Shown in pieces: positions 35,408-45,130 of a stretch of 64,000 nucleotides of DNA (the first letter of the stretch is position 1; every line of letters starts with the position of its first letter). The translations under genes and the position numbers were made by a program. The notes under the pieces are model-generated. The model was not told the origin of the DNA and ran no database searches. It was given only the letters and a program-made list of their open reading frames with translations. The DNA is from Planctomycetota bacterium (GTDB lineage: Bacteria > Planctomycetota > UBA8742 > UBA2392), in contig JADJRK010000001.1 in assembly GCA_016712285.1 (NCBI GenBank), positions 2,113,098-2,177,097 on the forward strand, in the 5' to 3' direction.

Positions 35408-36937
35408 TTAGCGAGGGTCTGGAACCAGGCGCCGGTTCACCACCCATAGTGCCCCTCGTGTGCGTTTTTCCACACTCTCGAGGGCGGGTGCCGATTCTGC
35501 TTCCAGACGCCAGCCAGCGGCGCCAAGTCCGCTGCGGCGGCCACGGTAGGCATTCTCATCCAGCCACCACTCCAGCAGCCGGGCGCTTTCCGCGTCAAAG
35601 CCGCCCTCTCCCTTGTACGCCATGGCGGCAAAGTCGCGAAAACGCGTGCCGTTGACTTCGCCAAACGCCAGCTCGGCTGGCGCGGCGGGCTCGCCTGTCT
35701 GCAACGGAAGATCGAGTTGCCAACCGGCCCTGCCCTGTGCGTTGCGCCACGGACGCGGCAAGACCCGTGCTGCATTGGCCAAATCCACGGCCAGCGTCTC
35801 GTCCACATCCTGCCCGGGCAGCAGGAACGCCCGGGCTGAGGCCGGCCGTTGGCGATCCTGCGACTCGGCATACACAACGGCCCAGCAATCCAGCAGCGGT
35901 CGCGGTTGCGGCTGCAGCAGCGCAAGGGCGCCAATCGCCGCGGCACCAGCCGCAAGGGCAGGCATCGACCACAGCGCGCCGAATTTGACGCGCCGCGCAA
36001 CCAGCGGCACCACGCCGCATAGCGCAAGCAGCGCGCCTGCCAGGCCGAAAAACAGCGCCCCCGGCTGCGGCGCCTCGGGCGTGCCGGCAACCACGTTCAG
36101 GGCGGCGGGCGATGGCACTCGCGACTGGGGCTTGCCGGCTGGGGCGCGCGTGTCACCGAACCACATGTGATCGAGCAGTGCGCCGCGCAACACCGCGTAG
36201 GGGTTGCCGCTGCGGCGCAGTTCTTCAAAGTCGATGCGGTAAATCGCGCCGGGTCCGTACGCCATGCGCTGCGCGCTTACGCCGTGGAACTTGAGCAACT
36301 CGGCCTCTGCGGGCGCGGGCAGCCCTTCCACTTTTTCGCCCATCCGGAACGAGCCGACGATGATCGCCGCGCCGCCCAGGCTGCAAAACTCGGCAATCGC
36401 GCGCTGGGTGCCCGCCGGTGGACGCTGCGCCTCGGGGCTGAACAGCACCAGCCCGTCGTATCCGTCAAACAGCCGCCAGTCAGAAAAGAACTCGCGGTTC
36501 TCGTAGTAGTCGCACGCAAGCTGCCCGGGCACGCTGGGCAGAATCGGCCGGGCGTACATGGCGTCGGCCGCGAACACGGCCACATAGGGCTGCTCGTAAT
36601 CGGGCTCCATGCGCCGCAGCGGCAGGCGGGGCGTGTGCTCGTCACCCGCGACGCGAATGACCACGTCGGGCGCGACGTATACCGGCAGGATTGTCTCGCT
36701 GGTTTCACCGGCCTTGGCGGCGACTTGCACGACCAGCTTCACGTTGCCGTGGATCACCTCGACCCGTTCAGTCTCAGCCGTCGCCTTGAACACGAGTCGA
36801 TACGGCGCGCACGTGCCGGGGCGCCCGTGGGGCTCAGACAGAAAGCGGCTGCGGTCTTTGTCGATGGCCTGGGCATGCAGCGGCGCCGCCGTCACGACGG
36901 CCAGCAAAAGCAAGCTCAGTGCGGAAAGCGGTTGCAT
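35408..36937 (-). CDS. hypothetical secreted/membrane protein
   Basis: Start MQPLSALSLLLLAVVTAAPLHAQA (signal peptide) overlapping the upstream gene's stop (TGATG); two C-terminal TM helices; the 689-aa ORF extension is a different-frame artefact. Confidence 0.5.
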   Translation of the reverse strand: MQPLSALSLLLLAVVTAAPLHAQAIDKDRSRFLSEPHGRPGTCAPYRLVFKATAETERVEVIHGNVKLVVQVAAKAGETSETILPVYVAPDVVIRVAGDEHTPRLPLRRMEPDYEQPYVAVFAADAMYARPILPSVPGQLACDYYENREFFSDWRLFDGYDGLVLFSPEAQRPPAGTQRAIAEFCSLGGAAIIVGSFRMGEKVEGLPAPAEAELLKFHGVSAQRMAYGPGAIYRIDFEELRRSGNPYAVLRGALLDHMWFGDTRAPAGKPQSRVPSPAALNVVAGTPEAPQPGALFFGLAGALLALCGVVPLVARRVKFGALWSMPALAAGAAAIGALALLQPQPRPLLDCWAVVYAESQDRQRPASARAFLLPGQDVDETLAVDLANAARVLPRPWRNAQGRAGWQLDLPLQTGEPAAPAELAFGEVNGTRFRDFAAMAYKGEGGFDAESARLLEWWLDENAYRGRRSGLGAAGWRLEAESAPALESVEKRTRGALWVVNRRLVPDPR

Positions 36938-37566
36938 CACAGCGCAACCTCCGCCTGCTTTGGCGCGGGCAGGGCCAGCACCGCCGCCCATGGCAGCAGC
37001 GCCATCGGCAGCAGCGGCCACCACGACAGCGCACCCGCGGCAAGTGCCCATGACGGCGATACCGGCCGCAGGTGCAGCAGGCTGGCCGACGCGTACTCCA
37101 ACGCCAGGTAGTGCGCCAGCGGCGGCAGCGCAAACATGCACAGCAGCGCAACCCGCGCGCGCATCACCCACGCGCCACCAAGCCGGGCACCCAGAGAAAT
37201 CACGCCGCCCGTAAACAGCCACGCGCCAAGCGCGCCCCCCCGCGACTGCCACGGCAGCCCACCGCGCGCCACAAAGTGAAGCAGCAGCACACATGCGCTG
37301 GCGGCTGCAAAGCACGCAGTCACGGCCAGAAGGTTGCGCAGGGCAGCGCCGCGGGTCCGTGCACACAGGGGCAGAAACAGCAGCACGCAACAGGCCAGCT
37401 CGGCATGGATCGTGGCCAGTTGCAGCGTGCGGTCGTTTCCGACGCCCATGGGCTCGCCGATGCCGGCCAGCGAACAAATTCCGGCGACGGCAAACAGGAA
37501 CACAGCCACGACCAACGGGCTATGTGTCACAGGCGGGACCCCCAACTTCCGGCCTGCGGCGGGCAA
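36937..37566 (-). CDS. hypothetical polytopic membrane protein
   Basis: 209 aa, 5-6 hydrophobic segments; translationally coupled to the downstream gene. Confidence 0.45.
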   Translation of the reverse strand: MPAAGRKLGVPPVTHSPLVVAVFLFAVAGICSLAGIGEPMGVGNDRTLQLATIHAELACCVLLFLPLCARTRGAALRNLLAVTACFAAASACVLLLHFVARGGLPWQSRGGALGAWLFTGGVISLGARLGGAWVMRARVALLCMFALPPLAHYLALEYASASLLHLRPVSPSWALAAGALSWWPLLPMALLPWAAVLALPAPKQAEVAL

Positions 37567-37683
37567 TGATTGACGAATGCGCTGTCATGGTTGTTGCCAA
37601 CACCCTGAACGGGTAACAAACTTCGATAGTTCGTGTAACATCCGGGAAAAGACACGCGCTGGAACATAGCAGGCAGACCCACA

Positions 37684-39105
37684 ATGACGACACATCCACT
37701 CTGGCTTGCCGGCACGCTCGTGACTACCCAACAGTCGTTCCAGCACCGTGGCGCTTATGACCATAAAGACCTCGGCGCGGTGTCCATGGCAAGCCGTGGC
37801 GAGGCGGCGGCTGCACTGTCGGCTGCGTGGCACGCGCGCGGGCCTGTGGCGCGCCTGTCTTCGGGGGCTCGCGAGGCGGCACTGCTGACGATTGCCGAGG
37901 GCCTGCAGCGCCGCGAAGAAGAGTTCGCGCAAATGATGACCAGCGAAACCGGCAAGCCGATCAGCCTGTGCCGGGGCGAGGTTGCGCGCTCGATCAACAC
38001 GCTGCGCATCTGCGCCGAAGAAACCAAACGCTGCGTGGGCGAGGTTATCGCGCTGGACACGGTGCCCGCAGGCGACGGCCGCTACGGCATTGTGCGGCGC
38101 TTTCCCAAGGGCATTGTGGTCGCCATCACGCCGTTCAACTTTCCGCTCAACCTTGTCGCCCACAAAATCGGCCCGGCGATTGCCGCAGCCTGCCCGTTCA
38201 TTCTCAAGCCCGCGCCGCAGGCCCCGCTGACTGCGTTGATGCTGGGCGAGTTGCTCAAGGCCGCCCGGCTGCCCGAGGGCGCCTTCAGTATCCTGCCCTG
38301 CGACAATGACGTCGCGCAGTTCATCGCCACCGATGAGCGTGTGGCTGTGCTCAGCTTCACGGGCAGCGACGCCGTGGGCTGGAAACTGCGGGCCATGGCG
38401 CCGCGCGCCAGCGTGCTGCTTGAGCTCGGTGGAAATGCGGCTGTGATCGTTGAGCCCGACGCCGACCTCGAAAACGCCGCGCAGCGCATCGTGACCGGCG
38501 CGTTTGCCCACGCCGGCCAGGTGTGCATCAAGGTGCAGCGCGTGTTTGCGCACGAGTCGATCGCACAGGTCCTGCTGGCGCGCATGGTCGAATTGACCGA
38601 GACCCTGGGCATCGGCGACCCGACCCGCGAAGACGTGCTGGTCGGGCCCATGATCAGCGAACAGGCGGCCCAGCGCGTCGCGGAGTGGGTCAACGAGGCG
38701 CGGCAGGTCGGCGCAAACGTGGTCACGGGCGGCGAACGCGACGGCCAGTTCTATCGGCCGACATGGCTGACCGACGTGCCGGAAGACGCCAAGGTAAGCT
38801 GCCGCGAGGTGTTTGGCCCGGTGACGGTATTCTACCGCTATCACGATTTCGAAGCCGCGATCGCCGCGGTCAACAGCAGCCCGTATGGTTTGCAGGCGGG
38901 CGTGTTTACGCACTCGTTGCCGCGCACCAGCATGGCGTTTGACCAGCTTGAGGTGGGCGCAGTCATCGTGAACGACATCCCGACCTATCGCGTAGACCAC
39001 ATGCCCTACGGCGGCATCAAGGCCAGTGGCATGGGGCGCGAGGGGCCGAAGTATGTCATCGAAGAATACACCGAGCCGAGGCTGCTGGCCGTAAAACCGA
39101 TTTGA
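37684..39105 (+). CDS. NAD(P)-dependent aldehyde dehydrogenase
   Basis: 473 aa; ALDH motifs FTGSDAVG, LELGGNAAVIV, catalytic Cys in GQVCIKVQRVF, EVFGPV. Confidence 0.85.
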   Translation: MTTHPLWLAGTLVTTQQSFQHRGAYDHKDLGAVSMASRGEAAAALSAAWHARGPVARLSSGAREAALLTIAEGLQRREEEFAQMMTSETGKPISLCRGEVARSINTLRICAEETKRCVGEVIALDTVPAGDGRYGIVRRFPKGIVVAITPFNFPLNLVAHKIGPAIAAACPFILKPAPQAPLTALMLGELLKAARLPEGAFSILPCDNDVAQFIATDERVAVLSFTGSDAVGWKLRAMAPRASVLLELGGNAAVIVEPDADLENAAQRIVTGAFAHAGQVCIKVQRVFAHESIAQVLLARMVELTETLGIGDPTREDVLVGPMISEQAAQRVAEWVNEARQVGANVVTGGERDGQFYRPTWLTDVPEDAKVSCREVFGPVTVFYRYHDFEAAIAAVNSSPYGLQAGVFTHSLPRTSMAFDQLEVGAVIVNDIPTYRVDHMPYGGIKASGMGREGPKYVIEEYTEPRLLAVKPI

Positions 39106-39142
39106 CCCATTCGGCGGCGCGCCGGCTTGGGCAGTGAGGCCT

Positions 39143-39964
39143 ATGTCGATCATCTACTATCTGGATTTCCCGTGCGCCGTCAAAGAGCAGATCCGGCCCG
39201 GCCGCATGTTGCGTCTGCTGTACGCCCGTGAACGCGCCAACGAAGAAATGAACCGCGCGCGCAAAACAAAACCGGACGCCCGCGCCGAGGATGTGCGAGT
39301 CGAACTGTCGCTCAAAGACGCCGACGGCACATCAAACCTTGTCGCGACGACGGCAGCCGACATCGAACGCCAGTACGCCGAGCTTGACCGGCTCTCGCAC
39401 CACTGCATGGACTGTCGCGCACGAATTGAGGCGCAGAGCTTCGGCTGCCGCGGCCGCATTGATTTTCCGTTCACGCTGAAAGCCGAAACGCTGTTGATGC
39501 AGCGCGTGCGCGCCTCAGGCGGCGACCCCACCGCATCGATGCTGGCCAACTATTTCGAAAACAACGGCATCAGCGGCAACCGCGCCGGCGACATGCGCAA
39601 CCTGCACGGCGTGTTCTTTGAAAGCACCATGCCGCTCGTGCGGCGGCTGACCGATGGCCGCAAGATTTCGAGCAACCAGGTGTTTGAGCTGTTCTTCCAG
39701 ACCGGCCAGATCGGGCCCAAGCACGCGCGGTTTCTGCTGGGCATGTTCGACCTGCTGGCACCGAACCTGCCGATTGACCGCCCGCTGCAATCGCTGCCCA
39801 ACCTGTTTGTCGTCGAGCGTGAAGACTCGGGGATGGTCGTGCAGCGCATCGGCTTGAACCTCGTCGCCGGCGACGAAGAACGCTGCACACGCCAACTCGA
39901 GAACTACTTCGGCGGGTTGCTGCTCGCCAGCGAACTGGGCCACGACCTGTGGGTCAAGATCTAG
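39143..39964 (+). CDS. hypothetical protein
   Basis: ORF 39134-39964; start at MSIIYYLDF; no recognisable family. Confidence 0.45.
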   Translation: MSIIYYLDFPCAVKEQIRPGRMLRLLYARERANEEMNRARKTKPDARAEDVRVELSLKDADGTSNLVATTAADIERQYAELDRLSHHCMDCRARIEAQSFGCRGRIDFPFTLKAETLLMQRVRASGGDPTASMLANYFENNGISGNRAGDMRNLHGVFFESTMPLVRRLTDGRKISSNQVFELFFQTGQIGPKHARFLLGMFDLLAPNLPIDRPLQSLPNLFVVEREDSGMVVQRIGLNLVAGDEERCTRQLENYFGGLLLASELGHDLWVKI

Positions 39965-39979
39965 GCGACTGCCGTCCGG

Positions 39980-41326
39980 TCAGCTGGCGCGCATCTCTTC
40001 GAGACTGATGTACTTCACGCGCGGGCGATTGGCCGCCTTGCCGCGTTCAATCTCGCGCGCATTGATCTGCTGCCATTCGTCAAACGAGACGTAGGCGCAG
40101 CCCGCAGCCTTCAGCAGGTCGGTGATGTCGCGGCCGGCTTCGACGCGGCGGACGTTCTTCACGTCTTCCAGCATCAGGGCCACGGTCTCTTCGGCGTCCT
40201 TTTTGTTCGTCCCGATCACGCCCGTCGGGCCGCGCTTGGCCCAGCCCACCACGTAGGCCCCGGGCAGCACGTTGCCGTCGGCGTTCATCACGCGCCCGTG
40301 ATCGTTGGGGACGATGCCCTTGCGCTTGTCGTAGGGCACGCCCGGCAGCGCCACGCCGTAGTAACCCACGCTGCGCAGCACCATGCCAGCGGCAAGCTCT
40401 TCGAACTCGCCGATGCCTTCGCAGTTCATGTAGCCGTCGGGCGTACTCACCAGGCGATTGCGTTCAATTTTCACGCTGCTTACCCAGCCGTCTTTGCCCG
40501 TGACTTCGACCGGCGAAACCAGAAACCGAAAGTGCACCTTGCGCGGCTTGTCGCCCATGCCGCGGGCTGCGTACTCGCGCAGGAACTCAACGTTCTGGCG
40601 CGTGAGGCGGTCGGCATCGACGGTTTTCTGGCTTTCGGGATCGAGCTCAATCTCTTCGGGCTTGACCACGGCATCAGCGACTTGCAGGTGCCCGAACTCT
40701 TTGATTTCGGGGTTCGTGAACTTGGCCTGCGCCGGCCCGCGCCGGCCCAGCACGTAGATGTGCCTGACCTTGCTGTGTTTCAGCGCTTCCAGCGCGTGGT
40801 CGGCAATGTCGGTCACTTTCAGTTCGTCGTACGACTTGGCCAAGATGCGCGCGACGTCCATGGCCACGTTGCCGACACCGACAACGGCCACGCCTTCCAC
40901 GTCGAGGTTCGGGTTCAGGTCGCGGTAGTCCGGGTGGCCGTTGTACCAGGCCACGAACTCGGTGGCGGACATGCTGCCCTTGAGGTCTTCGCCGGGGATG
41001 TTCAGGTTTCGGTCTGACTGCGCACCCGTAGCGAACACCAGCATGTCGTAGTGCGGGCGCAGGTTGTCCATCGTGATGTGCTTGCCGAACTCTACGCCGC
41101 CAAAAAAGCGCACGCGCGGGTCTTGCGCCGTCTTTTCGTACAGGTTCGCGACGCTCTTGATCTTGGGGTGATCGGGCGCCACGCCGTAACGAACCAGGCC
41201 GTAGGGCGCGGGCAGGCGGTCGAACAGGTCCACCCTGACCTCGACGTCTTCCTGCTTGATCAGTGCAGCAGCTGCGTAGAAGGCACTCGGTCCGGCGCCG
41301 ATGATGGCGATGCGTACAGCAGGCAT
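39980..41326 (-). CDS. ferredoxin--NADP+ reductase, FprA/adrenodoxin-reductase type
   Basis: MPAVRIAIIGAGPSAFYAA (FAD GxGxxG), PAPYGLVRYGVAPDHPKIK, second Rossmann VAVVGVGNVAMDVARIL. Confidence 0.8.
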   Translation of the reverse strand: MPAVRIAIIGAGPSAFYAAAALIKQEDVEVRVDLFDRLPAPYGLVRYGVAPDHPKIKSVANLYEKTAQDPRVRFFGGVEFGKHITMDNLRPHYDMLVFATGAQSDRNLNIPGEDLKGSMSATEFVAWYNGHPDYRDLNPNLDVEGVAVVGVGNVAMDVARILAKSYDELKVTDIADHALEALKHSKVRHIYVLGRRGPAQAKFTNPEIKEFGHLQVADAVVKPEEIELDPESQKTVDADRLTRQNVEFLREYAARGMGDKPRKVHFRFLVSPVEVTGKDGWVSSVKIERNRLVSTPDGYMNCEGIGEFEELAAGMVLRSVGYYGVALPGVPYDKRKGIVPNDHGRVMNADGNVLPGAYVVGWAKRGPTGVIGTNKKDAEETVALMLEDVKNVRRVEAGRDITDLLKAAGCAYVSFDEWQQINAREIERGKAANRPRVKYISLEEMRAS

Positions 41327-41422
41327 GGTGTTCCTTTCGTGGGGCGCATTGTTCCAAGCGTTGCAGGATAGGCAACTGGAATAGGGCCGCAAAGCGACTC
41401 GTGAGTTGGCGATGCAATTGCT

Positions 41423-43525
41423 CTAGTCGGGAAAGCGCAGAATGCGCAGTTTGCCGCCCTCGACCAGGTGCAGCGTGGCATCGCCCCCGGCGTGCATCTC
41501 TTCTGCCTGGGCGGCTTTGCGTGTGAGCACGCGGCCGGTTGCCACCTCGTAGAAGATCAGTTCAAGCCGCTCGATCGTCGCCAGCACCGTGCCGCCGAAA
41601 AGCAGCGCAACCGCCTGCGGCGGCACGCCTGTGCGCAACGTGTGTTCCTCTGCACCCTGGACCGAAACAACCCTGACCAGTTGCCCAAGCGTCAACGCTA
41701 GCACCTGCCCGTCGGCGGACAGTGCCATGCGGTCGGGCGTCAGGCCTTCTCGGGCCGCAATCGCGTGCGGGTCCGGGTTGCCGAGTTCATTGATCACGTA
41801 GAGACTGTCGCGGTAGCGCAGCGCCGCAGCGGGCGCACTTGCAGCAAACGCAACTTCTTCCGGCGGCGGCGTCGGGGCCGAAAACTGCGTGCGGCGCGAG
41901 TCCTTGCCCAGGAACACCAGTTCATTCGGTGCCTTGTAGAGCAAGAGTCTGCCCATCGGCCACGCGCCAAGCAGCACGCCGTCGCGCTCGACCGTGGATT
42001 GACCGCCCCATGGCAGAATGAGTTGCTCGCCATCGGCGGCCGCAAATGCGTCACCCGCCGGCACCACACGCGTCAGCTTGCCCGCGGTGTGCCACTGCCC
42101 CTGCCCCCACACGCGACTGGTGCCGCCGCGCGAGGTGAGGACAAAACCGCCGGCGGCTGTCCGGGCCGCGAACTCGGGGGGCACGCACAGCAGGCTTTGG
42201 CCCAGCTGGCGCTCGCGCGCCAGCAGCCGCATGCTCAATTCTCCGCGGTCGTTGCCAAACACCAATCCGTCCGGCCCCAGGGCGCCAAAGCTGACCGCAT
42301 CGCCACCCAGGGACCATTCGCTGAGGCCATCGGGCCCGATCAGCGCCGCGGCACCCTGCGCACCCAGGCACAACAGCGTGCCATCGGCCATGAACGCCAT
42401 GCGCGACCAGTTCACGGGCGAGAGCTGGTGAAAGCGCACAAACCGCTCGCCGGGCGCATCCAGCGGGATCGACACCAACTCGACATCGCGGCCTGTGATG
42501 GCCGCCGCGAACAGCGCCGTCCCTGCGTCAAACAGGGCGGCGAGCATCGGCGGGTCGGTGGGCCGAAAACTGTACAGCGGCTCCCAGCCGGCACCTGTGT
42601 GCGCAAGCACGTCGCGCCCGGCAACCACGGCGACGCCCTGCCGCGCCAGCGACTGAAGCGCCTTCAACTCGCCGCTGTCTGACGGCAGCAGGCGCGACAC
42701 CGGCCGCGCACCGCCGGGCGGGTGCACGCTGACTTCGCCGGGCCTTGCCGACGCAAGCTCGGCCAAGTCGTCGCGGACACTCAAGTGTGTCCAGGATTGC
42801 GGGTCCACAGTGTCCGGGCCGGGCGCGCCCACGGCAGCGGCTTCGCCATCGACCGGGCCGCCCAGCAGCCGTCCGCCATGGCGCACCAGAAAGCGCTCGC
42901 CGCGGGCATCCAGATGCAGGTCACCCGAGTCAGAGGCATCGGGCAGCTTCACCGTGAAGAGCAGTTTGCCTTCGCGCACGTCATAGATTTCCAGCAGGCT
43001 GACCCGGCCAAGGGCAATGCGAACAACGCCAAGTCGGCTGCGGTCGCCGCTCAGCGCGCCGCAGGCCACGGCGGCGTCTGCGTTGCTGCTGCCGGTAAAC
43101 CGCGCGGGGTCAGGCCTGAGTTCGCGCTGCAGCAGCGGCGCCCACGGCGGGGGCCCCAGCGCCTGCGCCTCTTGAAACAGCGTGCGCGCCCGCGACTCAT
43201 ATCCCTGCGCAAAGTCCTGTGCGGCGAGGCGACACTTCTCCAGGGCCAGTGCCCGCTTCTGGCGCAGTACCTCGGCGCCTGTCTGCTCATGGGCCTGCTT
43301 TAACTCATTGGAGTGCGCGGCTTCGGCCTGAAACGCACCATCGGCCACGAGAGCGTCGTCGCGGGCCGACTTGACGTCGCGCTGCATGTTGCGATAGGCC
43401 GACATGCCAAGCACCGCCAGCGTCACCAGCACCAGCGCGCATGCACCAAAGATCACGCGCTGCAGCTTCAGCCGCGCCAGCAGGTGCGCCTCGATGTCGG
43501 TGGGTTTGATCGGCGTGTCAGGCAT
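41423..43525 (-). CDS. hypothetical membrane-anchored beta-propeller-like protein
   Basis: 700 aa; N-terminal TM VIFGACALVLVTLAVLGM, coiled-coil, then repetitive Gly/Ala-rich beta-rich region. Confidence 0.55.
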   Translation of the reverse strand: MPDTPIKPTDIEAHLLARLKLQRVIFGACALVLVTLAVLGMSAYRNMQRDVKSARDDALVADGAFQAEAAHSNELKQAHEQTGAEVLRQKRALALEKCRLAAQDFAQGYESRARTLFQEAQALGPPPWAPLLQRELRPDPARFTGSSNADAAVACGALSGDRSRLGVVRIALGRVSLLEIYDVREGKLLFTVKLPDASDSGDLHLDARGERFLVRHGGRLLGGPVDGEAAAVGAPGPDTVDPQSWTHLSVRDDLAELASARPGEVSVHPPGGARPVSRLLPSDSGELKALQSLARQGVAVVAGRDVLAHTGAGWEPLYSFRPTDPPMLAALFDAGTALFAAAITGRDVELVSIPLDAPGERFVRFHQLSPVNWSRMAFMADGTLLCLGAQGAAALIGPDGLSEWSLGGDAVSFGALGPDGLVFGNDRGELSMRLLARERQLGQSLLCVPPEFAARTAAGGFVLTSRGGTSRVWGQGQWHTAGKLTRVVPAGDAFAAADGEQLILPWGGQSTVERDGVLLGAWPMGRLLLYKAPNELVFLGKDSRRTQFSAPTPPPEEVAFAASAPAAALRYRDSLYVINELGNPDPHAIAAREGLTPDRMALSADGQVLALTLGQLVRVVSVQGAEEHTLRTGVPPQAVALLFGGTVLATIERLELIFYEVATGRVLTRKAAQAEEMHAGGDATLHLVEGGKLRILRFPD

Positions 43526-43532
43526 GGATGTT

Positions 43533-43567
43533 GGCGGGTACGGGTTTGGGGTTTGGGGTTTGGGGTT
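43533..43567. repeat. (GGGGTTT)x4 G-quadruplex-forming tandem repeat
   Basis: GGGTTTGGGGTTTGGGGTTTGGGGTTAG in the 5' region of gene 41423-43525. Confidence 0.6.
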
Positions 43568-43605
43568 AGAACCTTACTTGCACTCTCGCGTCAGTCTGAC
43601 TTGTC

Positions 43606-43636
43606 CAACCTCTGACCTCCAACCTCTAACCTCACA
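43606..43636. repeat. (CCAACCTCT)-type C/T-rich tandem repeat
   Basis: CCAACCTCTGACCTCCAACCTCTAACCTCAC; reads as purine-rich GAGGTTRG repeats on the minus (coding) strand. Confidence 0.45.
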
Positions 43637-45044
43637 TGCCAAGCAGGCCCTTCACGAACGTGATCGCTTCATCCTTTGTGCTGATGCGTCCCTCAAGCAT
43701 CTCGTCTTCAAGCGCCGTCAGCAGTTCTTTGTAACGCGGGCCCGGTGGCAATCCGAGCGCCTGCAAGTCATGGCCGTCGATCGGCAACTTCGGCTTGAGC
43801 GATCGCTCTTCGCCAAGGCTCTTGAACTCGTGCAGCTTGGCAAGCACGAACTTGTACGTCTCAAGCCGGTTGGGTCCGGCCAGGCAGTCAATGCGGTGCA
43901 GCTCAAGGTCTTCGTCAAAGTGCGGCTTGCGCAGCAGCCGCTTGAGCGTCGCCGTTTTCATCTTCGGCACGTTGATGAATTTCAGGTGGTCATCGACCAG
44001 CGACTTCACCCGCTCAATCACCTCGCCCGGAAACTTCAGTCGCGTCAGCACTTCCACCGCCATCTCGCCGCCCAGTTTGTCGTGGCCGTGAAATGTGATC
44101 TTGCCGCCGGTGTTCACGGCGGTCGGCGGCTTGGCAATGTCGTGCAGCAGTACACCCAGTGCCAGCGTGATCGTCGCGGGCTTCAACATCAGGTCCATCG
44201 CCAGCAGCGTGTGCGTGAACACGTCGCCCTCGGGGTGGTGCTCGGGCGACTGCATCACGCCGACCATGGCGCTGACCTCAGGCAGGACCACATCCAGCAG
44301 GCCGCTCTCGAACATCATGCGCAGGCCGCGCGAGGCGCCCACATGGGTGATCAGCTTGCTCAGCTCGTCACGAGTGCGCTCGGCACTGCACACTTTCACC
44401 TGCGGCGCCATCTCGCGCACTGCTTGCCAGGTGGCGTCGTCGATGTCGAAGTTCAGGCCGGCGGCAAAGCGCACGGCGCGCAACAGGCGCAGTTTGTCTT
44501 CGGCAAAGCGCACCCGCGGGTCGCCGACGGCGCGGATCACGCAGGCCTTGAGGTCGCGCAAACCGCCGACGTAGTCGTGAACTTCGCTGGTTTCAGGGTC
44601 AAGAAACAGCGCGTTGATCGTGAAGTCGCGCCGTGCGGCATCTTCGGGCGCGCTGGTGAACGCCACGCTGGATGGATGGCGGCCATCAAGGTATGGGCCG
44701 TCGAGGCGAAACGTCGCCACTTCCACGTCGATCGGCAACTCGTCGTCCATTACCCGAATCACGCCGAACTGCTTGCCCACCGCAACGGTGCGCTTGAACA
44801 GCGCCTCGACATCATCGGGCTTGGCCGATGTTGCGACGTCGTAGTCTTTCGGCTCGCGGCCCAGCAGCAGGTCGCGCACACAGCCGCCGGCAAGCAGTGC
44901 TTCATGCCCGTGCCGCCGCAGTGTGCTAATCACGCGGCGGGCCAGGGCAGTGACGGGGATGTTCGGCAGTTCGTGCACTTTCGCGATGATCCTTGATTGG
45001 CCGCTGGTACTCAATGGGAAGCCGGGCTGTACTGCAATTGCCAA
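43632..45044 (-). CDS. cca: CCA-adding enzyme / tRNA nucleotidyltransferase with HD domain
   Basis: Pol-beta NTase motif GGCVRDLLLGREPKDYDVAT, RRDFTINA, HD-domain HDIAKP; TTG start. Confidence 0.85.
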   Translation of the reverse strand: MAIAVQPGFPLSTSGQSRIIAKVHELPNIPVTALARRVISTLRRHGHEALLAGGCVRDLLLGREPKDYDVATSAKPDDVEALFKRTVAVGKQFGVIRVMDDELPIDVEVATFRLDGPYLDGRHPSSVAFTSAPEDAARRDFTINALFLDPETSEVHDYVGGLRDLKACVIRAVGDPRVRFAEDKLRLLRAVRFAAGLNFDIDDATWQAVREMAPQVKVCSAERTRDELSKLITHVGASRGLRMMFESGLLDVVLPEVSAMVGVMQSPEHHPEGDVFTHTLLAMDLMLKPATITLALGVLLHDIAKPPTAVNTGGKITFHGHDKLGGEMAVEVLTRLKFPGEVIERVKSLVDDHLKFINVPKMKTATLKRLLRKPHFDEDLELHRIDCLAGPNRLETYKFVLAKLHEFKSLGEERSLKPKLPIDGHDLQALGLPPGPRYKELLTALEDEMLEGRISTKDEAITFVKGLLGM

Positions 45045-45045
45045 T

Positions 45046-45130
45046 TACTAATGACCAATGAGCAATGACCAATGCAACGGCGCCTAGTTTCCGTTGGGCA
45101 TTGTTACTGGCTATTGGTCATTGTGGTTCG
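45046..45130. repeat. ~85-bp imperfect palindrome made of heptamer repeats (CCAATGA)x5 - central hairpin - (TCATTGG)x4
   Basis: CCAATTA CTAATGA CCAATGA GCAATGA CCAATGC; centre CAACGG-CGCCTAGTTT-CCGTTG; then GCATTGT TACTGGC TATTGGT CATTG; AT-rich island between the permease stop and the cca start. Confidence 0.6.
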
